Assembly: GCA_028534125.1 (NCBI GenBank)
Contig: CM052817.1
Coordinates: 69,008,001-69,072,000, forward strand
Direction of reading: 5' to 3'
Length of the DNA stretch: 64,000 bases
Origin: Lama glama
Lineage: Eukaryota
Below the pieces are notes generated by a model. The model did no database searches and was not told the DNA's origin. It saw only the letters and a list, made by a program, of their open reading frames with translations. A program made the position numbers and the translations under genes. Shown piece by piece: positions 11,391-25,756 of the stretch (the first letter of the stretch is position 1; each line of letters opens with the position of its first letter).

Positions 11391-13539
11391 TACCACTTTT
11401 GAAAATAGTAATACTTTGTTTTTGTGTTTTGATCTATTTGAAATATTTTAATAGATGACATTTAATCAATTTATAATTGTCATAGTTCAATATATTTTGT
11501 TTTACTTTTGTTATCTTAATTTTATGCTCTCTACTGTCTGTTTCCATATACTTCCTTCACTGAAAAGTTTTTAATTTTAAAAGTTTATATAAAACATAAA
11601 GTCAAAATGGATTTTATGTATGGTGTGTAAATATTCTCTATTTTTAACAAACATGTACTATACTACATTTTAAATAATTTATTGAGACATATAAGCACTT
11701 TCTAAGGAAATTATCTACGTTGTAAATTTATTTTGTTTTTATTAGAAATCCTCTTTTTTTTTTTTTAACTTTTTGCTTCATACTGGCTGTAGTCTTAGAG
11801 GAGGCTGATATGAAATGAGTCATTCCTTGGATTCATTTTGGGAATAACTGAAAATGTTAGGAATTTGTCTCAATTGACTTCATAGTGATATGCCCTTGAG
11901 ACCCAGAAGACTTACTTACTATCCTTAGTGTCAATGTATGATATAATTTTACTGTTATCAAATGGCACAAAATAGAAAATTATGTGTGTGTTTGCATGTG
12001 TGTGGTATGTGCATGAGATCCTTCTATATGAAAAACCCACATGAACCTGAATGTTCTACACAAAGATTGATGCATTGCATTCCCCCCAAATGCCAACACC
12101 TCTGTCTGAAAATATAACATCAGGAGAGATGTGCAATCCCAGGGATGAGTCGGGACCAGGAGCACCACTACCAAACTGGCAACATGTGCTTAAGGACAAA
12201 TGCCAGAACAGACTGATAGAACTCAGTGCCAGGAAACTGGGAATTTAATCTGGAAAGAAGTCTTGAGCCAGGCAGTTTGTCTAGAGTTGAAGCATGAACA
12301 GAAGGCTGAAGTCAGTAGACTGTTGCTGGCAGAGAGGAAAGCAGTACAGGAAACTAAAGGCCAGTCAATCAGAGGGGTCACTACAAAGTCACAGATAGAG
12401 ATCACATGGCGAGGAATATCTATTTAGAAGAAGCAAGCCACTTCTGCACTTCTTCTTGAGCAACTGGTTCAAATAAATGTGGTTGAGAAGTTAAATTTGT
12501 AGAAGAGGGATCGGTTGCTAAGATGGACCCTGACATGACAAACAAGAGTCTCATTTGTAAACAGGCCACCTAATATGATCTTCCTAAGAGTGTAGGTATT
12601 TCTGAGAATACTGACAACTTTGTTGTAAGTGTACTGAAGAATCAGACAGTACATCCATTTTACTTCCTAACACTCTGCTCATGGCTTTGACATTTCCAGT
12701 GAAACGAGGATAGGGATAGTATCAGGGACTATCATGGATGAAAACAAATATTTCATTTCAGCACTGGAGCAGCTAAGCATCCGCCCAACTGTAGTTGTTA
12801 TCTTTGGCGAGGGACCTGCGATTGCTCTTACAGCCCAGACAGTACCAGGTGTGAGGGACGCGTGTTAACTCTCTGTTAACCAGGAACTCTGTTATAGGTG
12901 CTAATGGGGGGGTTGTTAGAGCACAGATTCCTGAGAAAGTCTGAAAAGACTCTGGAGAAATAATTTTATCCACCTGTTTGCTTCTAGAAAAGACCACACA
13001 AGCCAACTGAGATACCAGAAAGACATTATGATGGAGAATTGCTACTTCAAGTCTTCGTACACTCATACACATCGTGGTTCTCTTGATTATATGGTGACAG
13101 ATAATATAGAATATAAACTTTCAGTTGAAGAAGACAAATAAGAGTCTGTATCACTGATTATTTTTCAGGCCTTACTTGACCCAGGCTTTATATTTGATGT
13201 AATTTGAGTTCATGCTTTACTCTCAAGGCATTTACAGTTCAAGGGGCATGGTAAAATAGGGAAATTTTTTTTAAGTTATTCATTAATGCAACATATACAT
13301 TTAAAAATCCTCGAGATGAAATAAAAGCTGATTTGACTAGAGAATAAATAAAATGATAAAGGGCCAAATAGATAACAGACAGCAAATCTAATAAATATTA
13401 GGTACAGAAGAAGTGAATACCAAAAAATTAAATAATAAAACATCTTTTCTAGTTCACATAATTTCTAGTGCACTGTGTTCTTTTTGAGAGATTATAGTTG
13501 CATTTACTTAAGGCAGATGCCATATAGAGAAAATGCTTG

Positions 13540-13735
13540 GCAGCAGAAATATATAGGCATTGGAGTTAAATGGACCTAAGTTTGCATAATATTTCTTCCA
13601 GTAATTAATTTTCACATACTATTTTTTAATCTCAGTAGACTCAATTGTTTAATAGAGATAAAAATCTAAACAACAATAAAGATTAACATTGATAATGCAT
13701 AGAAAGCATTTAGCACTCCATAAATATTAGTTCCA
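13540..13735 (+). mobile_element. MIR SINE relic
   Basis: ggcattggagttaaatggacctaagttt ... gataatgcatagaaagcatttagcac. Confidence 0.6.
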
Positions 13736-13879
13736 TTTCCTACATTAACCAGTATAAAAGAACAGCTGTGGAATAGTTTTCAGATGGAGAGATGGGTGGG
13801 AAGGGCATTGTCACTAACATGGAAATAATGAAATTTTATAGGAAAACTATCTGTTGAGGCTTCTAAATGAGCCCAGAAG

Positions 13880-13995
13880 ATTATAACATCCTACTGAGAA
13901 CATAGACCTTATTTGTTTCCTTACTACATCAGCACCTGGATCAGAATTTTCAGCAAGGTAGGTGCTTAGTAAAACTAGTTACTTAATGAATGACA
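13880..13995 (+). mobile_element. L2 3' end relic
   Basis: cagcacctggatcagaa ... gtaggtgcttagtaaaactagttacttaatgaatga. Confidence 0.55.
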
Positions 13996-14044
13996 AAAAC
14001 TATTTTTAAGATTGAACTTTGAAAGCACTTGTTAAGATGATTGT

Positions 14045-15120
14045 GGCCTTAATGATTAGTTAGCTTGTAGCAGACCAACTACTTCACCCAAAATCAGTAG
14101 AAAAGCCAGATATAGATTAGATTGTGTGTGTGTATGTATATACACACACATACATATATATATAATTTCATATATACACATATATATGTCATCTTTTGAG
14201 ACATGAGAAGATGGCTTAGACAGTCAAAAATTAGGAAGTCTACTTTCCAGAGATTCTGTGTACATTTTCTCTTTCAGATCATTTGTCAATTCAAAGAACA
14301 ATAGAGACCAAGAAATTGGGCAGAATTTGGCTGCTTAGAGGCAGAAAAGCCAGCAGAGTTTTCAACAGTTTCATAGTCCTGGAGAGACCAAAACTGGAGT
14401 GAGGCTGCCAAGGCTTGAGGGACTAGGGATCTGGAGTGAGCCCAACATTCAACACTAGTTTCTCCCTCTAGACATTTTCTAATTTTTAAGCTCTACAGAA
14501 AGAGAGGTTAAAAGTCAGCAGAAAGTAGCTGAAAGGCAAAACTGAGTTTTTTTGCTATCTTGTAATCCTGAAAAGGCAAAATTTCTACTTAAGGATCATT
14601 TAGGGAGGAGTACTCAAGACTCTCATTTGTAGATGTAGAGATCTGTGTCCTGAGAGGTACAGCAGAGGTAGACTGAGTCTTACTAGGAATATAACCCAAC
14701 CCCAATCAGCTTGGCATTTGATTGGACTGGGATGATGTGTCCCTTTTCTATCTGCCTTCTAGTGAAGAGAGTGAACTCACTACTGAGGCAGATAACATCA
14801 GACAGTACCTTTACTATTTCTCATACAAAATATTTTATCTGTAATAAAAAATTACCAACCAACTTCAAAATAGAATGAAAAGGAAAAGAGACAGTAGGAA
14901 GATAACCATAGTTAACCCAGATAGTGGAGTTATTGGATATAGATTTTTTTAATGGATTATTATTTTCAAGAAAATAGATGAAAAGATGATGAATTACATG
15001 ACAGAACTGATGTAAGAAAACAATTACAATTCTAGAACTGAGAAATACCACACTGACAATAGGAACTCAATAGATAAATTCAGTGGCGTAGGGTATATAG
15101 TGAAGAAAGAGCTGGGAGAT
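14045..15120 (+). mobile_element. old LINE-1 5' UTR/ORF1-proximal fragment
   Basis: ataacccagatagtggagttattggatatagatttt ... acaattctagaactgagaaatacc ... aactcaatagataaattcagtggc resembles the L1M ORF1 coiled-coil region. Confidence 0.6.
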
Positions 15121-15244
15121 TGGAAGTTTATCCTGTATGCTGCTGGTGCCCAATGCAGATCCCTTTCCAGGACCACTGTTTCTTTAAGTGTTGACTGCTA
15201 CTAGCTCACAGCCACACCCTTTTCTGGAGAAATATATTGCAAGA

Positions 15245-15523
15245 AATATTTATAGTTTTAAATATTCTAGTAACTACATTAGAAGTGTAAAAGAAACAGG
15301 TACAATTATGTTTAGTAACATACTTTATTTAATATAATATATCCATATTATTATCTCAAACTGTAATCAATATAAAATTAATGAGGTATTTTATATTGTT
15401 TTCATAGTAAGTGTCTGAAGTCTGGTATATATTTTATACTTACTGAGCCTCTTTACTAGATAAGCCACATTTCAGGTGCTCAGTTGCCATATGCAGCTAC
15501 ACCTACCTTAATAGATGGTGCAG
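15245..15523. mobile_element. MER33-like hAT-Charlie DNA transposon
   Basis: ttctagtaactacattagaagtgtaaaagaaacagg ... agccacatttcaggtgctcagttgccatatg ... tagatggtgcag follows the MER33 consensus as recalled. Confidence 0.8.
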
Positions 15524-16029
15524 ATCTAGATTAGGAAGTACATAATTTTTAAACTCAATGGAGAGATTAGGGAAAAAGTTATAAGAAATATATAATTCTG
15601 TGTAACACTTCAGATCTATTAAAGAACTTGACGTTGGAAAAATTAATTAGAAAAGTAGGGGATACTGGAACGCAAATTCTTAGAATAGGAGAATGGGATT
15701 TCTGAGTAAGTGGAATAAGATAAAAGTTTCCTTTCAAGGAAAGATAAATAGGAATTAGGATGGAGAAAGAAAAAAATTATTTTCATTCCTGACTTCATAA
15801 CTCCTATGGTATATGTTGGGGGCATTAAGCCCTGTGAGTAAAAATGTAAACAGAATGTTTAAAGGAATACATGCTGAGGAATTAGTATGGACTATGAAAA
15901 AATAATCTATGAAAAAAGAATAAATTTCCTGAGCAAAGAATAAATAACATATAGATGATGGGAAATTAAGCAAGTTGGTAGAAAAAAAGTATATGAAATT
16001 TGGGGAAATAGTAGATATTTCAGTGGCAG

Positions 16030-16230
16030 TATCTGGTACATTTTTAAACTTTTGATGAAATAATGCTACACTTGCAGAAGAGTTGCAAAGGTAGTGCAAA
16101 ACAGTCTTACGCCCTTCCGTCATCTTCAAATGTTGTATTTTATAGAGCCATGATATACTTACACAAAACTAAGACATTAACGTTGGTACAATACTATTAA
16201 GTTAACTACAGACTTTATTCAGATTTCACG
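16030..16230 (-). mobile_element. L1MC-like 3' UTR fragment
   Basis: acttgcagaagagttgcaaaggtagtgca ... aaaactaagacattaacgttggtacaatactattaagttaactacagactttattcagatttcac. Confidence 0.7.
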
Positions 16231-17193
16231 TGGCACGTTTGTCTGTGTGTGTGTGTGTATGTGTTTTCTGTTATAAGTATATACACAGAGATAAAGAGAA
16301 AAGGGCCCATGGAAATGATTCAGAACTCTGTGGAGGGCCTTACCTATGTATCCAGGTAGGAAGGGCTGACTATAAGGTTAAACCTGGAGACTTCAACTGA
16401 CTGGCTGATAAACAGTCATTGAAAACTGGGGAAGAAATCAACTAGAGAAAATTATGGTCACAAAGGAGGAGCTGAGTGGTGGTGACTTAGAAGAGTGGCT
16501 AGAACTGCACAACAGGATATAACCAAAAGGCTTAACCAAACATTCAGAATACTGAATGTATGGATTTTGTGCCTCTGTGGAGAATTTAACTGTTTCTCTA
16601 AACAATTAGAGATGAAATTGTCCATGATTGCAGTAAGAAAAATATTTTTTTTCTCTTCTCTGGACAATTAAAGAAAAAGCAATGTAAAAATTTCGGTATA
16701 CTGGTATTATCATCTTTTTACACATTTGTTTGATAGACAGGCTTGAGAGTGCTTTGAGAATTAGTTTATCTATTGGAAGAATCTCCAGAATGTGCTCTTT
16801 TACTTCTCAAGGTGACACTTTTCTGTTGGTACCATGCAAAAAACTATTGTTCTGAAATTCCCAAAACTCTTATCGTATTCTTCTGAATACTTTATAATAA
16901 ATTCATATTTTTATTGATGACCTCAGGCATCAAGCTCTGTAGGTAACTATCTTGGAGATTCTAATTTTTTCCCCAAATTTCTTGTAAATTTCCCCCTTGT
17001 AGACCCATCTATCAAAAAGATGAAGTTTAGCAAAGAAAGGGAAATAAGAAGAAAAACTCTTCAGCTTTCAGTGTCTGTCTCTGTGAATATATTTTACAAA
17101 GAGGCTTTTAGGAATTAACTTTGAGGAGCTGTCCTAGAGTCCTTCACATGGTGTATTTGATTATTGCTGATGTCAGGTTCATCCCCGTTATTC

Positions 17194-17693
17194 NNNNNNN
17201 NNNNNNNNNNNNNNNNNNNNNNNNNNNNNNNNNNNNNNNNNNNNNNNNNNNNNNNNNNNNNNNNNNNNNNNNNNNNNNNNNNNNNNNNNNNNNNNNNNNN
17301 NNNNNNNNNNNNNNNNNNNNNNNNNNNNNNNNNNNNNNNNNNNNNNNNNNNNNNNNNNNNNNNNNNNNNNNNNNNNNNNNNNNNNNNNNNNNNNNNNNNN
17401 NNNNNNNNNNNNNNNNNNNNNNNNNNNNNNNNNNNNNNNNNNNNNNNNNNNNNNNNNNNNNNNNNNNNNNNNNNNNNNNNNNNNNNNNNNNNNNNNNNNN
17501 NNNNNNNNNNNNNNNNNNNNNNNNNNNNNNNNNNNNNNNNNNNNNNNNNNNNNNNNNNNNNNNNNNNNNNNNNNNNNNNNNNNNNNNNNNNNNNNNNNNN
17601 NNNNNNNNNNNNNNNNNNNNNNNNNNNNNNNNNNNNNNNNNNNNNNNNNNNNNNNNNNNNNNNNNNNNNNNNNNNNNNNNNNNNNNNNNNNNN
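17194..17693. other. assembly gap (500 N)
   Basis: Exactly 500 N, probably a placeholder size. Confidence 0.99.
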
Positions 17694-18882
17694 TTTTGAG
17701 TAGAAACCCTGCCTTGAATCTATCCCAGATCCCATGTTGGTAACTGTTGGTGGTAGCTGCAGTTCTCCATTTTGTTTGGAATCTGTCCACAGCCCCGATT
17801 CCTTCGGGTCTGCTGGTTCAATCACTTCCCCAGGCCAGAGTTTCACAGAAATTGGTGGTGATGCATACAGGGCGTTCTTTTGGCCAGGAGGCAGTAGTAT
17901 CCCATGGTTAGTGCTACTATATTAAGGTATACATGTTTATTTGTATTGTTTTATATATATAAAGGCTAATTGTTAAAGGATTCTTTATACCCGAAGAGTT
18001 GATGCTCCACCTTCCAGCACACCTAGCTTATTGTATGTCTGAGACCTGTGACCCAAGAAACTGTAGATATTTACAAAAACGGTAAAATTTCGCGAAGCTT
18101 GATTGGCTGGTAGTCATCAGGTTAGGGGCTCTAAAATATGGCCAAATAGAAACGTGAGTTACAGCCCAGTTGTGGCTAGACGGCTGCTAAATAGAAATGT
18201 GGATTGAACTCCATTTGGGCTGAAGATCTACCAAACTGCTGCCAGTCCTCAGGGGAAATTACTATGGCCATTATGAGGAATACTTCAAATAGATAAGATC
18301 ATTTACAAAGTGCACTTAAAGACAAGGAGTGCCAAGTTAAGCATACAGAATGGGATAGCTATTTTAATTAGTATGCAGAAGCCTCTGAAAGATTTCAAAA
18401 TTCCAGAATAGCATCATTGAAAGATTCATTGCAAAAGGCTAATTAAAAATTTGATATGAAAGGTACATAAAACAAAAGCTACACATTTAGGGAAATTGGA
18501 ACAACCGTCTTTGTCTTGCAAATCTCTGTAGGGCTAAAGGAGTGGCTCTAGAAGTTAAAAGTTCACTTTTTTTCCACCTCAACTCCACAAAGCTTGCCTT
18601 TTCCTTGCAAAATGCTTAATTTAAACAGATCAAGATATTGGAAACAGAATTATCCTGCAATTAATCTGTGCCTTTGTGGTACAGATTTCCTACCACCATC
18701 TTCTCTACAACCTAGGAGCCTTTCTTTGAAATGCAGACTTTAGGAAGAAGATTCTCATCAGGAGAAATAAAAAGATAAGAGGTTTTAGAAATTGGGCTAA
18801 TGAGAAATCTTACAAATATTCTCCACAAATAATAGTAAGTATGTCTCTGTTTGCATCTGTCTGTATGTTGTGTATATCTATA

Positions 18883-19416
18883 TGTTAACCCAAAAGGGGA
18901 ACCCCTCGGTTCTTGTCTCAACCGAAAGAGAAAAATTCAGACAGGAGACAAAAGTGTTGTGTAGTTAAGATTTTAAAGATTTTATTAGCAAAGTGAAAGT
19001 ACACCTCCAAGAGTGGGAGGTGGGCTGATCTAAGAGCGAATGGCAGTGGTCTTTGTTGGCCCCTTCTCATATACCCTGTTGGTCTCTTGATTGATTGTTG
19101 GCTCTTGACCCTGGAGTGTTTAGGCATGCCCGCCTCCTTTTGCGCATGTCCATATCCACTGTGTACACAGAGAAACCCATGGCGGGTGGGGCTAAACTGC
19201 AATGCTAATTATATTACAATGAGCATTGAGTCATGTCCCGTTAGGTCTTTGTCACTACCTCGTCACCATCCAGTCCCAACCAGTTTCTTGCTGGTACTCA
19301 TTTAGAGGAAGTAAAGACTCTTTATGCTGAAGGGAGAGGTATCACCATCTTCTGGGCCATCCTCTCTCTCCTCCACCTTATCTGCCCAGTGCCCCCATTT
19401 CTATAACTACCTAACG
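18883..19416 (-). mobile_element. solo ERV1-type LTR nested in the provirus
   Basis: Termini tgttaa...ctaacg, flanked by TATA on both sides (18879-82, 19417-20); AATAAA on the minus strand at ~18982-18987. Confidence 0.85.
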
Positions 19417-21838
19417 TATATATGTGTATTGTAGATGTGTGATGTTTTCTACCGCCAGATTGTATTGCCAGAATTAATTTGTAAAAGAGCTTGAGTTGAT
19501 TTAAGGCAAATGCTTGAAAGGATCGACATTTTAAAGTTCTGAGAAATATAAGAGAAACTAACTTAAATGCTTTTCAAATTCACATGATCTGGAATAATTT
19601 TTTGTAAATAAAAGTTAGTTTGAGCTCATTAGTTAAAACAGGCATATCTTTAAAGTTCTCAGCATTGAATGTAATGCAGATAAACAACTTTTATTCTACC
19701 TGGGTTTACTAGTCATAATCATGTTATCTATGCTGAGAAATTTGTCAGCAAGAAAAATAGCTTAGGATGATAGCTGATTTTGTCTAATGTCTCATGAAAT
19801 TTTTGTGGGTAATCTAAACATAATTATTGGGAGCAAATGGTTCAGATAGATATAAGCAAGGTAAGAGTTCATAGATAAACTTTTTAGCAACAATTATATT
19901 TTATGATATGGATAGTTCAAAATAGCTTCCAAAATCTTTTTGGTAACTTGAAACTTTAGGATTTTGCTAAGTTAAATTAAATGATAGAAATTTATTATAT
20001 ATCTAGATCATTTCTAAATAAGACAAAATAGTGAAACAGTAATTGCTGAACATAGGTAGGTTTATCTAGTTTTGCCTTCTTATTGCAATGATAAATTTCG
20101 GTTTATCGGTGTGCATATCTTATGTCACATTGAAAGATTGTACTGTGAAGAATCACATGTAGCTAGAAATGATGAAATATGTTCATAAATTTACCAATTA
20201 AAAAAAATGCTAGGATGACATACAGTTAACAGTTGCTTTCTTCTTAGTTTTTGTTAGAAATTAAGGTTGCTAAGGGTTAAGACTTCTAATGTATATATGT
20301 AATTAAAACTATTAGAAATAATAAGGGAAACAACTCTGTATGCACAGAAAGTAGGATGCGTTTTTCAGCTAAGGAAAAGTATGAGATTTGGGGATGGATT
20401 CTTGTTAAAGGAAATGAGAGTAGTTTTATCGAAACTAAAACTTCTGGTTATCAGAATGGGAAAGAAGAAAATGAAGGACAAACTATGGATATACAAAGTA
20501 AGGAAGAGAAAAAGATGAGAGAGAAGGAATCTTGTGTAATCAAACTGAATAAAGTTGAGTTGTTAGTGTGGGGGGTTTAATATTAAGCTTTAATAGCAAT
20601 GTTGTATTTATGTTAATCTAGAAATTAATTTTCTTTCATCTGCTAAAAGAAACAATGTTTTATTGGAGTACCAGTCTGCTCTTGATAGTAAGAGAGAATG
20701 AAAGGTTTTTCTTTACCTTTTCTTTTCCTTTTAAAGGTAAAAATATTTTCATCTGCCTAGAAAACAAGGATTCTGTATTTTGACAAAAATAATTCCCTGT
20801 GTTTATCAAGTCTTTGGTTACATAAGAAAATTGAATCATCTTAATAGTAAGAACTAAATTTTACTAACAACCATTTAACCTGCTGTATATGTCTGAAATC
20901 TTTTATTGTCACTTTGGACAAATAGATAACTTCTATTTCATAATGATCTGTGATCCTATTGGTCTTATTTAGACAAATAGGTAATTATTGTTTCATAATG
21001 ACCTATGATCCTATCTTGACATACTTTCGAAGAATCAAATTCTAAATAAAGCCTTTTTGATGTTGAACCAACTAAAATTTTTCAGAGGGTCCCTGGAACA
21101 TTTCAAGATTTGTTCTCTTTCCTTATAAAAAAAAGTACACTAGTTGGGCTTATTTGGTATGCTAAATTACATGGGAAGCATTGTGAAATAAGGGATGATA
21201 AACCGTCTTAGGCTATATTGTGCAGGTGAGTATTATTATAAGTTGTTCTAGAAATTGTTTGAAATTCCTAAAAATCTAATTTGTCCTGGTACATTGTCAT
21301 CACATGTCATTCTCATTGCTATCTTAAAATCATGTGCATCACAGAAATAACCAAATTTCCTTGTCAGTTCCATTGTAGTGAATTCTCATTAGATCGTTGA
21401 CAATGAGCAACAAGTACATGACTTTCTTACTGATATTCTCTTACCTTCTGAAATTGCTGTTATCAAAATTGAGGCTCACACTAATGGGACTGAACCTGAG
21501 TATCAAGGAAGTGCCCTGGATGACTTCTATACAGACATCAACAATAGAATCTGTGAAGATTGTGGCACATGTGGATGAAGTCTAGTCCACTTGTACAAAA
21601 AAATGACCCCACATTGCCATACTTTTGCCATCCGGTTGTTCTTGTAACATGGCAACAATCTACTTCTGAGTTAAAGAAATTAAGTTGGGTAAACAGTAGC
21701 TGTAAATTAAAAAAAAAAATTTTGTGGCAATAAAAGACCCCCGAACATCTACTTGGTTCTTCCTGGCTCCCTGACAAGCCCTATTTTTCAGTTTGCATTC
21801 CTTTAGGCACCACAGAGCATCTTAGAAAAACTATTTTT

Positions 21839-23168
21839 TTGTCCCGAAAGGCCTCAGATCTCTTCCCTCTTGGACCCTTTGAACATCTGCAGCTGAACTT
21901 AATTCAGACACCAATTAGTATGAGTTATCATTATGTTATTATCATTGTATGTATATTTTTAGATGAGCTTAAGCATTTCCCCTGCCAAAAGGCTGATGCT
22001 GTCACAGTGGCAAAGAAACTATCAGAAACTATTAGAATGAAACTGTTAGAAAAATTTTCTACCCACCTGGGGGGTACCTTCTACAATCTCCAGTGATTGA
22101 GGCACCTACTTCACTGGGAAAATCATATGAGCCTTAATGATAACTTCGCAGACTTCTTGGAATTACACTGTCCCTATCACCTTCAATCATCAGGCAGGGT
22201 CAGGAGAACTAATGGAGAAACTGATTCAGGTGAAACAAGAATTAATAATGAAGGGCTGAATAAATTGATAAGGGTGGTTATAATTTTTATGACTTTGTGT
22301 TTGAAATATTGCTGGTTCTTTCATGTTTTTCCCAGAATTAAAGAAATCTTTTCTCTTAAGCTATCAATAATTTAGTAAGGTATACCTTTTGTGAACAGAG
22401 ATGAAACATTTACTTTTTCTCTCTGCCTTATTTCTCCAGAATTCAGAAGCTCTCAATGAGTATTTATATTTTCATGACAATATATCTCTTTGCACAAGTT
22501 CAGTAAGAATCTGTTCTCCTTGTAACAGGACCCAATTGGAAACATTGACTTTATTACCGAGGCTTTGACTGAAATGGTATTTCAGGTAAAATCTGTTGGC
22601 AGTATTCTTGGCTTGGTTTCCTGTCTTCAGACCCTTTTGAGAGTTCAGTCTGAGACACCTTATAAAAAGTTTCAACAGAGCAATTTTACAAAAAGTTTAC
22701 ATGGTCAGTCACTATTCTTGCTGTACTTATATAAATAATCAGGGCAAGTTGAATACAAACAAATTAGTTTTACTATGATTACCACTGGTTAAAATGGGGG
22801 TCATTGTGAAACCATATTTGCTCCTTTGTAGATATTAGATTCTACTTCTTTTAATTGTCTTTGAAGTTTTGTTATATACCTGTAAACTAGACTGGATTCT
22901 GAGTCTTCTGGTTTCCTCAAATATCTGGCTATGACTCAGCAAACTAGTGTTTCTAATTTTCTCCCACCCTTCTGATTTGCAATTACTAAGAACAAAGACT
23001 GCCCCTAAGTCTCCTTGGAAGGGACCTTACCAAGCACTGACCACTGACATTGCTACAAAACAGGAAGAAACTGAACCAGGGGTACACATCCCACAGCTAA
23101 AGAAGACCCCACCTGATACCTGGTCCTGTACAAATGCTGGAGACTTCCAAATCAAATTGACAAAGTAG
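21839..23168 (+). pseudogene. pol: ERV integrase remnants (core and C-terminal)
   Basis: PLGPFEHLQLNLIQ...FPCQKADAVTVAKKL; LHCPYHLQSSGRVRRTNG; PWKGPYQALTTD...VHIPQLKK. Confidence 0.9.
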
Positions 23169-23469
23169 AGAAGTAGCTAACATCTAGGTAGACTGCTTCC
23201 ACTTAAGACTGTGGATCAAAGACGTCATACTTTAACTAAGCATGGAACTCTTCTTCTTTTCCTTTCCTTTACTCTGGTAACCTTTCAGATTGCTAGATTT
23301 GTCATCAAAGGTTCTGATCTATCCGTAACTACCTAGATCGTATTTGCCCCCAGTCACTATAATCTCTCCAGCAGCACCCATCTTTGCAGGGCGTTTAGGA
23401 TAACTCTTTATTTCAAGCTAGGAGATTCTCTTCCCACATGCACTAAAAACCTGACTAACCCTTGGACTG

Positions 23470-23950
23470 AATGGTTAAACATAGCAGTCCTTGTGAAAAG
23501 ACCCATTCCCTGGTTAGGAGTAAATACAAATAGGAATATAATTAGAAACCTCCCCTTCACTCTTGGGGTCATTGCAGATTTTGTTGTTGAGACAACAGCT
23601 GCCCAGCAAAGATCCTTCTTAGCCAAGGTTATTCTTGATAAAAGATGGCCCTTGATTTCTTTTAGCTGAACAAGGAAGTATCTGTGCTTTGGCCAACACC
23701 ATCTGCTGTATCTGAATTGGGTCTTCTAGGGAGGTTGAAATTCAGTTATGTAAAATCACTGAGCAAGACATTTGTCTTAAAAAGATAATTCCTTCAGCAG
23801 GGTCTTTTTTTGATTGGTTTGGGTCTTGGGGACCATGGCTCTGGAGTGCACTCCAAATATTGGGAATTATCCTGCTTATAATCTCCCTAGTGTGGTATAT
23901 TCTCTCATAAGCTTTAGATGCATGTTTGTAGCTGCTAACTACCAATCAAA
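23470..23950 (+). pseudogene. env: ERV env TM subunit remnant (gamma-type)
   Basis: LAKVILDKR/ALDF/LAEQGSICALANTICC gives the immunosuppressive domain plus CX6CC (two frameshifts), then FDWFGSWGPWLWSALQILGIILLIISLV (TM). Confidence 0.9.
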
Positions 23951-24152
23951 TGACCCCTTAAGTCTAGAGCATTAGAGAAGGAGCAAAGATAATGACAAAC
24001 TGAAAAATTGTGAACCTGAAGTAATGACCTATGAATATCATAGAGTATCAGTGAAAGGTGTAAGAACTACAGAGCCGTAGCTAAGAATGTCACTAACGTC
24101 CTAATTTTTTTTATCAGATCTCTCAGGCATACATTAATCAAAAGGGAAGAAT

Positions 24153-24546
24153 TGTTTTTTTAAGAAAAGAAACAACAGGCCCACAATGGAGTCATTTACC
24201 CCTAGCACAGCAAACCAAGACTTAATTGCAGTTTCATCCTCTCTCAAGAATGTGACCTTTAAACAGACAATCTGAAATGTCCTGATCAGCACTAATGAAG
24301 TAATCTGCATAATAACATCCTTGCAGTTCCCTTCCACCCAAAAGAAGATGACTTGGCCTGAAACAGTTCTTTCTTTGGCTAATAATTTCTTTGTTCCACC
24401 CTCCTTCTGCCTATGAAAACCTTCCAATTATACAGCTCCTCAGAGTATCTCTCTACTTATTATATGAAATGCTGCTCAATTCATAAATTGTTTAACAGAG
24501 CTGATTAGATCTGCAAATTTACTCAGCTGAATTTTGTTTTTTAAAA
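24153..24546 (+). mobile_element. 3' LTR of the ERV1 provirus
   Basis: TG start immediately after the PPT; ~390 bp; TATA-like ctatgaaaa at ~24411. Confidence 0.8.
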
Positions 24547-25756
24547 GATTCTTATGTAACTTATCCCCTCTTCCCATAATCTTTCTATAATATTACCTAT
24601 GATTATATTCTCTTTATTTTTTATAATTCTTTTAATTAAACTATAGATTTAAGTATGCAGTAAATTTTGAACAGCTTTTTAATGCATGTATTAAATTGAC
24701 CAGAAACATATTGTTATGGACTAGTCTCATGCAAATCAAATTTAGAAAGTGAAAATATATAATTATCCTAAAACTCTGATATAGGAATGCTGTAAAATTT
24801 GTACCATTTCAGCCTTTAGCCTGCCTTCTGGAACTTTCCATGAATCTTTGAAATAGTTAATTTTGAGTCGGCTACAGCTGTTTTCAATAAAAGAAACTTT
24901 TTCATTTATTTTCTTCAGTGGTTTAAAATCTGTTACGATACATAAATAGCAACACATTTGTCAATGATAAATAAGTTATGGGTCACATTTTCAGATTTGG
25001 ATAACTGTTACAACTTTTTAAAAAGTACATAAATACCAAAGTTGGAGAACTTCCAGTACTTTGTGGAAACCAGCATCTTGATGCTAATGCGTCTGTCTGT
25101 GTATGCTTACAGAGATAAATTAGGATAAATATAATCCTCACACCACAAAGTTTCCGAGCATTTAAGAAATAATCTTCAAGTCACTGTTTTTTTTGTTTAG
25201 TTTTTTTGCAAATCTGTACCTTGACATACAATTTGGAATAATTAGATAATGGAGTTAAAAAAAATCAAGAATGTTAGCAGGACTTTCTTAATTTTCTAAG
25301 GCAGTGCATATAGAGCATATGACTGGTATTTAGGAATAAGCCCTTTATTAATTAATAAGATAAAAATTCAACTGAAGAAATACTACTGAAAGTTGTTCTA
25401 CTCTACAGTTAGAAATGGTCTTGGTTTCTGTTTCAGTACCATTAATACTGAGTCACCTGGGGTATAATGGATTCCATGGATTTAATGTGTTGCCTATAGT
25501 GAGTTTCACTGCGGTATTTTTTCAGTGTACTTTGAGTTCAACAATTCCATTTCAGATATTGAAAATGTCAACAGAACACTTTCAAGAGCCAAAACATAAT
25601 GCTATTAGAAAAGAAATATGTTTCAAATACTTTAAAGAAGCCAACTTTATATTCTTAATATTGCTATGGGGTTAAAAAGAATAGAAGGAAAACTAGAAAT
25701 TAAATTACTGAACATTTTTTCAAATATAAGTTGTTATTTTGATTTCAATGATTTCT

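Larger units (their letters stand above)
17694..24546 (+). mobile_element. decayed ERV1 (class I, MER4-group-like) provirus; 5' LTR not seen, possibly in the gap
   Basis: gag MA-like remnant ~18240-18450, integrase, env TM, polypurine tract aaaagggaagaa (24140-24151) and 3' LTR, all in order on +. Confidence 0.85.

Noticed and set aside
17115..17846. Long ORFs across the N gap (likewise 37566-38376)
   Set aside because: Artefacts of translating N runs.
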